Below, piece after piece: positions 56,226 through 64,000 of a stretch of DNA of 64,000 bases. How positions within the stretch are numbered: position 1 is the first letter of the stretch; every line of letters begins with the position of its first letter. The position numbers and the translations under genes are program-made. The stretch lies in contig OZ241867.1 of the NCBI GenBank assembly GCA_965203175.1, forward strand, positions 4,450,733 to 4,514,732, read 5' to 3'. The notes beneath the pieces were generated by a model. That model saw only the letters and a list, made by a program, of their open reading frames with translations, did not search any database and had not been told where the DNA came from. This DNA comes from Candidatus Latescibacterota bacterium. GTDB lineage: Bacteria > Latescibacterota > UBA2968 > UBA8231.

Positions 56226-56641
56226 CCTCCGTATTTCGCGCCACGCTTTCCGCCTTCAGCACTGGAGACGAACAGGGCACGTGCTTGGTGAATGTCTCTG
56301 CGGATCTGCCCTACCAGCTCATCTGGACAGGCAAATGCGCGTTGTTTTCGCAACTTCTTTATAAGGGCGACCTGGAGCGTTTGTCCGTAGAGATCGCCAG
56401 CAAAATCGAGTATGTGCAACTCGATGACTAGGGCTGCTTCGGCGAATGTGGGCCGAGGGCCGATGTTGGCCACAGCCTGCAAAACCCCACTTCCGGGGTA
56501 TTGCACCTCGGCGGCAAAGACTCCCTGAGGCAAAGACTGATCGCCGTGGGGCAGCAAATTCGCCGTGGGAAACCCCAAAGTTCTTCCGCGTCCTTGTCCT
56601 CTCGTGACGCGACCAGAAAAATGAACGCTAGCCCATTCCAT
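56222..56641 (-). CDS. stand-alone riboflavin kinase domain (RibF C-terminal half only)
   Basis: GRTLGFPTANL, IGPRPTF, ELHILDF. No room or frame for the FMN-adenylyltransferase half. Confidence 0.8.
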   Translation of the reverse strand: MEWASVHFSGRVTRGQGRGRTLGFPTANLLPHGDQSLPQGVFAAEVQYPGSGVLQAVANIGPRPTFAEAALVIELHILDFAGDLYGQTLQVALIKKLRKQRAFACPDELVGQIRRDIHQARALFVSSAEGGKRGAKYGG

Positions 56642-57538
56642 CTAGGGTTGGCGCAAAACGCACAGGGGCCGCAGCGCCCCCTGCTCCCACCGCGCGAGGC
56701 CAAACAAGGTTTCTGCGTCGTCAAAAACCGCGCAGACCTCGCGCGGCCCTGCACCAGCCGGATGCTCGATCGCTTTTCCATGGGCGAAATCGACCAGCTT
56801 GCCCTCGTTCAGCTCGACGGTGGTTAGCTCACTCAGCGCTAGCCGCGGATGGACGAGGGCTTTTTCAATTTGTCCCACTCTACTGAGGCTTGCTACTTGC
56901 TCCAACGTCAGAGCTTTGTCCAGCCCAAGACCACCGGCGCGCAGCCGGCGCAACTCAGCCAAATAGGCACCGCACCCCAGGGTACGCCCCAAATCAGCGG
57001 CTAATGAACGAATGTACGTTCCCGCAGAGCAATGGATTCTCACACCTAGTCTGGGAAAATCGTAGCTGAACATCTCCATTGCGTGGATGTGAACTCGGCG
57101 GGATTTGAGGACGACCTCATCCCCGCGACGCGCCCGCTTGTACGAGCGCACCCCAGCTACCTTTACCGCTGAATGCGCCGGCGGCACTTGGTCTATGACA
57201 CCCGTAAAATCGCGCAGGGCTTGGACCACGCTGAGCTTATCGGGAGACTCGCAGTCCGCTTGGTGCCGAATCGGGCCTTCAGCATCGCCCGTAGCACTTA
57301 CAGCTCCCAGATAAATCTCGGCCTCGTATTCCTTATCCGCACCGCTGAGCCACCGGTTGAGACGGGTATAGCGTCCCAAGCAAACGACCAAGACGCCGCT
57401 GGCCAAAGGGTCAAGCGTACCGCAGTGACCAATGCGCTGCAACTGCAATAGGCGCCGGAGAGAGACGATTACGTCGTGGGAAGTGGGGCCTTTGGCTTTG
57501 TCGATGACCAAAACCCCGCTCAAGGACGGATCAGCCAT
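56642..57538 (-). CDS. truB: tRNA pseudouridine-55 synthase
   Basis: HCGTLDPLASGVLVV. ATG 57538 preferred over GTG 57550. Confidence 0.92.
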   Translation of the reverse strand: MADPSLSGVLVIDKAKGPTSHDVIVSLRRLLQLQRIGHCGTLDPLASGVLVVCLGRYTRLNRWLSGADKEYEAEIYLGAVSATGDAEGPIRHQADCESPDKLSVVQALRDFTGVIDQVPPAHSAVKVAGVRSYKRARRGDEVVLKSRRVHIHAMEMFSYDFPRLGVRIHCSAGTYIRSLAADLGRTLGCGAYLAELRRLRAGGLGLDKALTLEQVASLSRVGQIEKALVHPRLALSELTTVELNEGKLVDFAHGKAIEHPAGAGPREVCAVFDDAETLFGLARWEQGALRPLCVLRQP

Positions 57539-57884
57539 GCTGCGCTCCACCGAGACTATCGATCAGGGCTGTGACGCGCGCGGCGCGCTCGGTGGTATCG
57601 TCGTATGCAACCCGCAACTGAGGTGCGTAACGCAAGCGCATGCGCCGGGCGATTTCTCGACGTATAAAACCCAAGCCCCGGTGCATTCCTTGGAGTACCT
57701 GCTCTTTGTCGTCTGCGTTACCGAGCGTGCTGACAAAGATCGTGGCATAGCTCATGTCGGCGGAGAGTTCCACATCCACTACTTGGACTAGTTGCAGCCT
57801 CGGATCCTTCATCCGCCCTAGGATGTCGGTCAACTCGCGCAGCAACTGTCCGCGCACTCGGCTAATTCGTTGTGGGGAGGCCAC
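57531..57884 (-). CDS. rbfA: ribosome-binding factor A
   Basis: RVRGQLLRELTDIL..., 117 aa, GTG start, canonical operon position. Confidence 0.9.
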   Translation of the reverse strand: MASPQRISRVRGQLLRELTDILGRMKDPRLQLVQVVDVELSADMSYATIFVSTLGNADDKEQVLQGMHRGLGFIRREIARRMRLRYAPQLRVAYDDTTERAARVTALIDSLGGAQHG

Positions 57885-57890
57885 CTGCGT

Positions 57891-58172
57891 TTAGTGTACT
57901 TCCATTTGATAGTCGAGAATATGCACCCGGGGATCGCCTTCGACGAAGTTGACGATTTTAGTCAGCATCTCGTCGCAGTGTTCAACGGCCGAACTCACCA
58001 CGGCAACCCCCAGCACCGCCCGCTGCCAAAGCGCATGGTCATCTACTTCGGCCACAGCCGCGTTAAAGCGGTTGCGGATGCGCCCCTTAAGGCTATTGAG
58101 GACTTGCCGCTTGTCTTTGAGCGAATGGCTATCACCGATATAGATTTGCACCGCACAGCTCATAACGATCAA
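57891..58172 (-). CDS. DUF503 (YlxP-like) protein
   Basis: SLKDKRQVLNSLKGRIRNRFN pattern, located between infB and rbfA. Confidence 0.8.
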   Translation of the reverse strand: MIVMSCAVQIYIGDSHSLKDKRQVLNSLKGRIRNRFNAAVAEVDDHALWQRAVLGVAVVSSAVEHCDEMLTKIVNFVEGDPRVHILDYQMEVH

Positions 58173-58188
58173 AACAAATCAACCGCCT

Positions 58189-60546
58189 CTATAGCGTCCG
58201 CTCAGTCTCCACCACGACTAGGGACTCGACGATGTCGCCTGCTGCGATGTCGTCGAACCCTGCAAATCCCATGCCGCACTCAAAGCCCTCAGAGACCTCT
58301 CGCACATCGTCCTTGAACCGCCGCAACGAAGTAAGCTCCCCGGTAAAGACGACTTGGCCATCGCGCAAAATCCGCACCTGATTGCTGCGCGCAATGGTGC
58401 CGTCTTGCACCAAACAACCGCCGATCGTCCCCATGCGGGACGAAGTAAAGATTTGGCGGATTTCGGCCCGGCCAACCACCTGTTCTTCGGTCGTTGGGGC
58501 CAAAAGACCAGCCAAGGCAGCCCGCACGTCCTCGATGACTTCGTAGATGATCCGGTAATTGCGAATTTCTACGCCCTCCTGTGCGGCGAGATCGCGGGCA
58601 GAGGGTTGAGTATTTACATGGAAACCAAGCAGAATGGCACTAGAGGCCGCCGCCAGCAGTACGTCCGATTCCGAGATGGCCCCTACCGCGCTGTGAATGA
58701 CGTTAACCCGCACTTCTTCGTGGGTTATGCGACCCAGCTCTTCGGCTATGGCCTCGACCGATCCATCAACATCGCCTTTGACCACCACCCGCAGTTCTTG
58801 GATGTGGCCCTGCTGGATCTGATCGTGCAGATCGCTGAGCGTGACCGTACGCAGCTTGCGGTGATCCTGCTCGCGCTTGATCAGCTGCCGCCGCTGGCTC
58901 AGATCCTTGGCCTCGCGCTCAGAATTGGCAACAGCAAAGAAGTCTCCAGCCTGCGGGACTCCGGGCAATCCGAGCACTTGGACAGGTACAGAGGGCTTTG
59001 CTTCTTGGGCGCGTTGACCATGCTCGTCGAGAAGGGCGCGAACCCTGCCACTATGTACTCCGGTAATAAAAGGCTCTCCGACGCGCAGCGTTCCCTCTTG
59101 CACCAAAACCGTAGCTACGGGGCCCCGCCCCTTATCGAGGTGAGCTTCGACGATCGTTCCACGGGCTTTCTTGTGGGGATTGGCCTGCAGTTCAAGCAAT
59201 TCGGCCACGATGAGGAGAACTTCCAGTAAGTGGTCTATGCCCTGTCCGGTCTTAGCGGAGATTTCGGCACAGGGGATCTGTCCTCCCCACTCTTCAACTA
59301 AGACCCCTCTTTCGGCCAGCTCCCGCTTGATCTTGTCCGGGTCGGCCGTAGGCAAGTCTATTTTGTTAATCGCGACGACTAAGGGGACCTGCGCGGCCCT
59401 AGCGTGGTCAATCGCTTCAATGGTTTGCGGCATGACGCTATCGTCGGCCGCGACAACTAGGATCACGATGTCAGTTACTCTCGAACCGCGAGCGCGCATC
59501 GCCGTAAAAGCCGCATGCCCTGGGGTGTCGAGGAATGTTACACCGCGACCGTCGTCCATTTTGATTACGTACGCCCCGATGTGCTGGGTAATGCCTCCAG
59601 ACTCGCCTTCGGCCACCTTGCTTTCGCGCAAGTAGTCGAGCAACGAGGTTTTGCCGTGATCGACGTGGCCCATGACCGTAATGACCGGCGGACGTGGCTC
59701 GGGATCACCGATTTCTTCCTCCTCGACGATCTCATCCAACTCGACTTCTTCGGCCTCTAGCGGGACCACCTCGAAGCCCAACTCGTCAGCTAGTGTCTGC
59801 ATAGTGTCCATATCGAGGCGTTGATTGATAGTTGCCATGGTACCCAACTGCAAACACAGGGCGATCACTTCACTACCCTTGACACCGAGTTGTTCGGCAA
59901 ATTCGCCGAGCGTGATAAATTCGCTGACCTTGATCTGGCGGATCTGACCGTCTTCTCCGTCTCCATCTTCGCGCGGACCCCGCTCGTAGCGGCGGCGTAC
60001 CCGGCCTTCATTGAGTTGACTCAAGGTCCGCCGCACGCTTTCTTGGACCTCCTTGGCGTCAGGCACCCCTTTGCGCCGCTTCCCCCGCCGGCGCTTTGTA
60101 GGCGCTCCAGACAAATTAGCCTGAGCGGTTACTTCCCGCTTTTCTCCCAATTCCTCGCGGATACTTTCCAAGCCTTCTTGGCTCTTGCCTCGGCGGCGGC
60201 CGCGACGACGACCTCCTTCAGCCTTGTCGGGCAGTGGCGCAGTACGCTCCTCGGCTAGCTGCTCAACACTCTGTTTGCGAGTCTCCGGCCCCTTTTCGCG
60301 ACGGCGCTGGGGCCGGGAGCCATCGGCCTGTTTGCGACTATCCTCTTTGGCTTTCTGCCGCTTTACCTCTTCTATCGAACTCTTCTTCTCTTCAGCCAGC
60401 TTGCGGTTGATGGCCTCCAGCATCTCGGGTGTAACTACGCTCATGTGGCTTTTTACTTCCATATCCATTCCTTTGAGCATGGATATGAGCGCATCGCTGG
60501 ACAGCTTCTGTTCTTTAGCTACTTGATAAACTCGGCGCTTTTCCAA
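58189..60546 (-). CDS. infB: translation initiation factor IF-2
   Basis: GHVDHGKTSLLD, DTPGH, NKID. 785 aa. Confidence 0.96.
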   Translation of the reverse strand: MEKRRVYQVAKEQKLSSDALISMLKGMDMEVKSHMSVVTPEMLEAINRKLAEEKKSSIEEVKRQKAKEDSRKQADGSRPQRRREKGPETRKQSVEQLAEERTAPLPDKAEGGRRRGRRRGKSQEGLESIREELGEKREVTAQANLSGAPTKRRRGKRRKGVPDAKEVQESVRRTLSQLNEGRVRRRYERGPREDGDGEDGQIRQIKVSEFITLGEFAEQLGVKGSEVIALCLQLGTMATINQRLDMDTMQTLADELGFEVVPLEAEEVELDEIVEEEEIGDPEPRPPVITVMGHVDHGKTSLLDYLRESKVAEGESGGITQHIGAYVIKMDDGRGVTFLDTPGHAAFTAMRARGSRVTDIVILVVAADDSVMPQTIEAIDHARAAQVPLVVAINKIDLPTADPDKIKRELAERGVLVEEWGGQIPCAEISAKTGQGIDHLLEVLLIVAELLELQANPHKKARGTIVEAHLDKGRGPVATVLVQEGTLRVGEPFITGVHSGRVRALLDEHGQRAQEAKPSVPVQVLGLPGVPQAGDFFAVANSEREAKDLSQRRQLIKREQDHRKLRTVTLSDLHDQIQQGHIQELRVVVKGDVDGSVEAIAEELGRITHEEVRVNVIHSAVGAISESDVLLAAASSAILLGFHVNTQPSARDLAAQEGVEIRNYRIIYEVIEDVRAALAGLLAPTTEEQVVGRAEIRQIFTSSRMGTIGGCLVQDGTIARSNQVRILRDGQVVFTGELTSLRRFKDDVREVSEGFECGMGFAGFDDIAAGDIVESLVVVETERTL

Positions 60547-60560
60547 AACTATTCCCTCAG

Positions 60561-61943
60561 CTACTTGGCCCTCTGGTCTGCCTCATCTTCTCCATCCGTG
60601 CCCGCAACAGGCAGGGCAAACACCTCTTTCCCTTCTTGCTCAGCCACCTCTTCCCTTTCGGCAGCGACCAAAGCCTCGATATCCACCTCGCCGTGTTCGG
60701 CAAGATACGCTGCCGCTGCTGCCTTTACTGCGTGGGCAGTTTCGGCCATTTCTAGGCCCGGTACGGTCTGTAATAGCTCCGGGTCGGCTTCGGCGACCGA
60801 GGCAATGGAGTCGAAACCGGACGTAGTCAAGCTCAGGGCAATCAGCTCGCTAATGCCATCTATCTGGCGGAATACTTGCTGGTACTTCTCCTGCTTGGCC
60901 CGGCGCTCTTGGTATTGTTCATCAGTGATGATATCGAGCCCCCAACCCGTGAGTTGACTGGCTAGTTTTGTATTTTGACCGCCTTTGCCAATGGCCAGCG
61001 ATAGCTGTTCCTCTTCGACAATCACGATGGCGTGCCGGCGGCGCGAATCCGTGATGCAGCGCACCACAGTAGCCGGACTTAGTGCCCGGCTTATGAATAT
61101 ATCCGGCTCGTCGATCCAAGGAACGATATCTATGCGCTCACCGCTCAATTCCCTAACGATGGCTTGGACCCGCGATCCCTTCACCCCCACACAGGCCCCC
61201 ACCGGATCGACTCGTTCATCGCTGCTGCTAACCGCGATCTTTGCTCGCTCGCCTGGCTCGCGGGCCACGCCGTGAATCTCGACGATGCCCTCGGCTATCT
61301 CCGGTACTTCTGTGGCAAAGAGCTTCCTGAGAAATTCGGGCCGCGTGCGGGAGAGCAAGACCTGAGGCCCCCGGCTCGACTTAAGCACTTCATATATATA
61401 GCCTCGCACGGCATCACCTTGGCGATAGCGTTCGCGGCGGATTTGCTCTTTGTATGGAACGGCCGCCTCGGCCCGGCCGAGATTGAGGACGATGTCTCCG
61501 TGGCTAATCTGCTGTACGGTACCGGATTCGACGAGGCCGACCCGGCCGATAAATTCGTCGTATATTCGCTCTCGCTCGGCTTCGCGGACCCGCTGAATGA
61601 GAATTTGCTTTGCAGTCTGTATGGCGTTGCGGCCAAAGTCGGCGAAATTGAGTTGCTGCACTAGCACAGAGCCTAGTTGGACATGGGGGTCGATGTCGCG
61701 GGCGTCGGCGAGGAGAATCTCCATGGACGGCTCAACCACTTCTTCGACGACAGTCTTGCGGGCATACACGGCCATCTTGCCTTGAGCCGCATCGATGTCA
61801 ACTTCGTAATTTTCGGTATTGCCGTAGTGCCTTTTGGCGGCTGAAATGAGGGCGTCGGCGAGGGTCTGCACCACTAATTCCCGGTCGACGTTTTTTTCGC
61901 GGGCAATCTGCCCCAAGGCTTCGACAATATTCGCGTTGTTCAT
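60561..61943 (-). CDS. nusA: transcription termination/antitermination factor NusA
   Basis: S1 and two KH domains plus C-terminal HhH repeats. 460 aa. Confidence 0.95.
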   Translation of the reverse strand: MNNANIVEALGQIAREKNVDRELVVQTLADALISAAKRHYGNTENYEVDIDAAQGKMAVYARKTVVEEVVEPSMEILLADARDIDPHVQLGSVLVQQLNFADFGRNAIQTAKQILIQRVREAERERIYDEFIGRVGLVESGTVQQISHGDIVLNLGRAEAAVPYKEQIRRERYRQGDAVRGYIYEVLKSSRGPQVLLSRTRPEFLRKLFATEVPEIAEGIVEIHGVAREPGERAKIAVSSSDERVDPVGACVGVKGSRVQAIVRELSGERIDIVPWIDEPDIFISRALSPATVVRCITDSRRRHAIVIVEEEQLSLAIGKGGQNTKLASQLTGWGLDIITDEQYQERRAKQEKYQQVFRQIDGISELIALSLTTSGFDSIASVAEADPELLQTVPGLEMAETAHAVKAAAAAYLAEHGEVDIEALVAAEREEVAEQEGKEVFALPVAGTDGEDEADQRAK

Positions 61944-61967
61944 ATTTTTACTCGACCTTCACTCAAG

Positions 61968-62420
61968 TTACAATTCTGGTTCGATGTTGGCTTTAGCAAT
62001 ATCAGTCCGCGCTACGGAGTCGGCTGGGCTGTCGAGCTGGATTTGATCGTCTTCCCAAGAGACTAGTCGGCCTTTGACAACCCGACCGGAGGTGAGCACG
62101 ACTTTCAGCAAACGACCACAGGCACGAGTGAAATCCCCATCGGTCTCTAGGGGCCGGTCTAATCCCGGCGAGGTAACTTCAAGCCGATACCGTCCAGCAA
62201 TGGGATCTTCTATGTCGAAAAGATCGGCCACTTCGCGACTGATTGCCTCGCAGGTGGCCAGCGTTATGCCGCAATTTTTGTGAACCAATAACCTGACTAG
62301 CTGATTTCCTCGGACGCCGCTGAGTTCGATATCGACGAGTTCGGCCTCGTGCTCGTAGACAATGGGTTTGACAAGAGCTACTAGATCGGCTTTTAATGCA
62401 AATTTATCTACGGCGGAAAT
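61968..62420 (-). CDS. rimP: ribosome maturation factor RimP, probably initiating at ATT
   Basis: The RimP N-domain (LVKPIVYEHEAELVDIEL...) is encoded upstream of the track start. No ATG/GTG/TTG in that stretch. ATT 62420 is preceded by AGGGGGA at 8 nt. Confidence 0.7.
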   Translation of the reverse strand: MSAVDKFALKADLVALVKPIVYEHEAELVDIELSGVRGNQLVRLLVHKNCGITLATCEAISREVADLFDIEDPIAGRYRLEVTSPGLDRPLETDGDFTRACGRLLKVVLTSGRVVKGRLVSWEDDQIQLDSPADSVARTDIAKANIEPEL

Positions 62421-62440
62421 ACGCGCTTTCCCCCTTAATA

Positions 62441-62463
62441 AAAAAGCGGGCTATGACGCCCGC
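62441..62463 (-). terminator. terminator/attenuator hairpin between the MerR-like gene and rimP
   Basis: On the minus strand: GCGGGC-GTCATA-GCCCGC followed by TTTTT. Confidence 0.6.
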
Positions 62464-62538
62464 CCAACTTGGGTTATAAAATATAGGATTATATTGATTT
62501 AGGCAAGACGACTTAACAGCCTTGGCCAAATGCCAACG

Positions 62539-62961
62539 TTAGAGGAGGCGCAAAATCTCGCGCAGTTCCTTTTTGGTCTCTTCGATCATTCTAAGTGCGG
62601 CCTCCCGGTCCTGTGCGGATTCGGGATCAGTGCGCTCCTCTGTTGAGTCAGGACTGCGCTGTTGTTCAGCTAGCAAAGCAGGTATTTGCTCTCCGACTTG
62701 GCGCAAGAGCTCGGGTTCATCTTTGAGCTTCTTCTTTACGCCCTGCGTCGTGTAGCGTTCCTCGTAGAGGAGGCTTTTGAGCAATAAGATGATCCCTATA
62801 TCGCGCTCCCTATAGGCCCTGTTTTTACCACCGCGCGCACGGCGCGGCCGCAAACAGGAGAACTCCTTCTCCCATGCCCTGAGCGTATAGGGTTGTAGCT
62901 GTGTGAGTTCTGCGACTTCGCTGATGCTGTAATACAGCTTGTTTTGCAATGGATTCTTCAC
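62539..62961 (-). CDS. MerR-family transcriptional regulator
   Basis: HTH YYSISEVAELTQLQPYTLRAWEKEF. Confidence 0.8.
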   Translation of the reverse strand: MKNPLQNKLYYSISEVAELTQLQPYTLRAWEKEFSCLRPRRARGGKNRAYRERDIGIILLLKSLLYEERYTTQGVKKKLKDEPELLRQVGEQIPALLAEQQRSPDSTEERTDPESAQDREAALRMIEETKKELREILRLL

Positions 62962-64000
62962 GATCGCACTTCCCTGTATCCTTTGCGCCGACGCCAGACG
63001 ATGCGCAAGGGCGTCCCTTCGAAATCAAATTCCGACCTCAGGCGATTTTCGATGTGGCGTCGATAATTCCCCGGCACGGAGCGGGGCAGATTCGTAAAGA
63101 TTGTAAACGCTGGCGGGTTAACCGCGTGTTGGGTGGCGTAGAGCAGGCGAATGTCGCGGCCCTCTTGAGTCGCCAGATACTCGCCAGATAGCTGTTGAAT
63201 GATCTTGTTCAAGCGCGCGGTGGGAATCCGCGTCCGGCGCTTATTGCCCACTGCGGCCACCACTTCGAGACATTTGTGAAGCCGCCGACCGGTCAAGCCC
63301 GATATGCACAGCACCGGATAGTCGCGCAAAAAGGGATAGCGGTCGCGCAACTCGCGGCAGTACTCATCCGCAGTGCCCTCGGTGACTAAATCCCATTTAT
63401 TGATCGCCACTACCAAGCCGCATCCAGACTTTATCACTTGCTCCATGATGCGAGCGTCCTGCATGACCCACCCCTCGGTACCGTCTAGAAGCACGACCGC
63501 CACATCGGCTCGGTCAATGCTGTTAGCCGCTCGGCGCGTACTGTAGAATTCCACTGGATCATCGACCTTAGATCGCCTCCGCAAACCGGCAGTATCCACG
63601 AACAACAGATGGCTATCCTGCCAAATCAAGCGCAGTTGCGTTGGATCCCGGGTCGTACCAGGCCGATCGTGGACAATGGAAACCTGATGGCCTGCGAGGC
63701 GGTTGATCAGCGTGGATTTGCCCACGTTGGGCCGCCCGACCAAAGCGACCCGAATCGCTTCTTCATCCCATTCCGACCCATAAGCTTCAGCCTCGTCGAA
63801 GAGCGCAATGAGTGCGTCGAGCAAGGCACCGGAACGCCGCCCGGTAACGGCAGAAACCGGCAGGGGATCCCCCAAGCCGAGTCGGTAGAATTCGTCGAGC
63901 GGCGCAGCCGGCCCCACCCCATCAACCTTGTTGACGGCCAGCAAGCACTTCCCGCCCCCGCGGCGCAGCATAGCCCCCATCTCTTGGTCCAGATCGGTCA
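62958..64000 (-). CDS. der: GTPase Der/EngA (N-terminus beyond the window)
   Basis: Second G domain [20 protein letters not shown]-like C-terminus. The frame stays open to position 64000. Confidence 0.9.
   Translation of the reverse strand, partial: TDLDQEMGAMLRRGGGKCLLAVNKVDGVGPAAPLDEFYRLGLGDPLPVSAVTGRRSGALLDALIALFDEAEAYGSEWDEEAIRVALVGRPNVGKSTLINRLAGHQVSIVHDRPGTTRDPTQLRLIWQDSHLLFVDTAGLRRRSKVDDPVEFYSTRRAANSIDRADVAVVLLDGTEGWVMQDARIMEQVIKSGCGLVVAINKWDLVTEGTADEYCRELRDRYPFLRDYPVLCISGLTGRRLHKCLEVVAAVGNKRRTRIPTARLNKIIQQLSGEYLATQEGRDIRLLYATQHAVNPPAFTIFTNLPRSVPGNYRRHIENRLRSEFDFEGTPLRIVWRRRKGYREVRS

Noticed and set aside
62471-62500. TTATAAAATAT (11 nt identical to the repeat core) upstream of the rimP terminator hairpin.
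   Set aside because: The second arm is at the wrong spacing (about 9 nt) and matches poorly. It is probably an ordinary AT-rich promoter region.
1-64000. CRISPR arrays, rRNA genes, IS elements with transposases, prophage blocks.
   Set aside because: I saw no direct-repeat/spacer periodicity, no rRNA-like sequence, and no transposase or phage structural ORFs on either strand. The only mobile-element signatures are the group II intron, VapBC and the recombinase cassette.

Overview
This is a 64-kb bacterial chromosomal segment, moderately GC-rich by eye. It is mostly housekeeping operons: der, rimP-nusA-infB-rbfA-truB-rpsO-pnp, asnS-leuS, mutL, rsgA-hprK, prs/apt, thrC, ychF, mreBC, purB, pyrH, cysC and 3 tRNAs. 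Several accessory modules are interspersed.

(1) An apparently intact group II intron (RT-maturase-HNH, clear domains V/VI) sits about 40 bp upstream of a yjfIJKLM-like PspA/IM30 cluster. That cluster is fused to polyamine genes: a membrane SpeE-like synthase, a Tat-lipoprotein FAD amine oxidase, DUF4178 and a 4x DUF350 protein.

(2) A McrBC restriction module whose N-terminal domain I do not recognise.

(3) A TatT-type TRAP transporter.

(4) A VapBC pair.

(5) An orphan BMC-H shell gene next to a class II aldolase with an encapsulation-peptide-like tail.

(6) A frameshifted second prs copy.

The most unusual signal is a family of 28-bp dif-like (11-6-11) sites. Two copies form a perfect 34-bp inverted repeat around a membrane-protein / mutL / tyrosine-recombinase cassette. 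Two more copies are nested outside in a + + - - arrangement, and each upstream copy fills an entire intergenic spacer. The right-hand copy lies at a convergence point between about 21 kb of plus-strand genes and 14.5 kb of minus-strand genes.

No CRISPR array or rRNA was seen. All family calls rest on motif recognition by eye; no searches were run.
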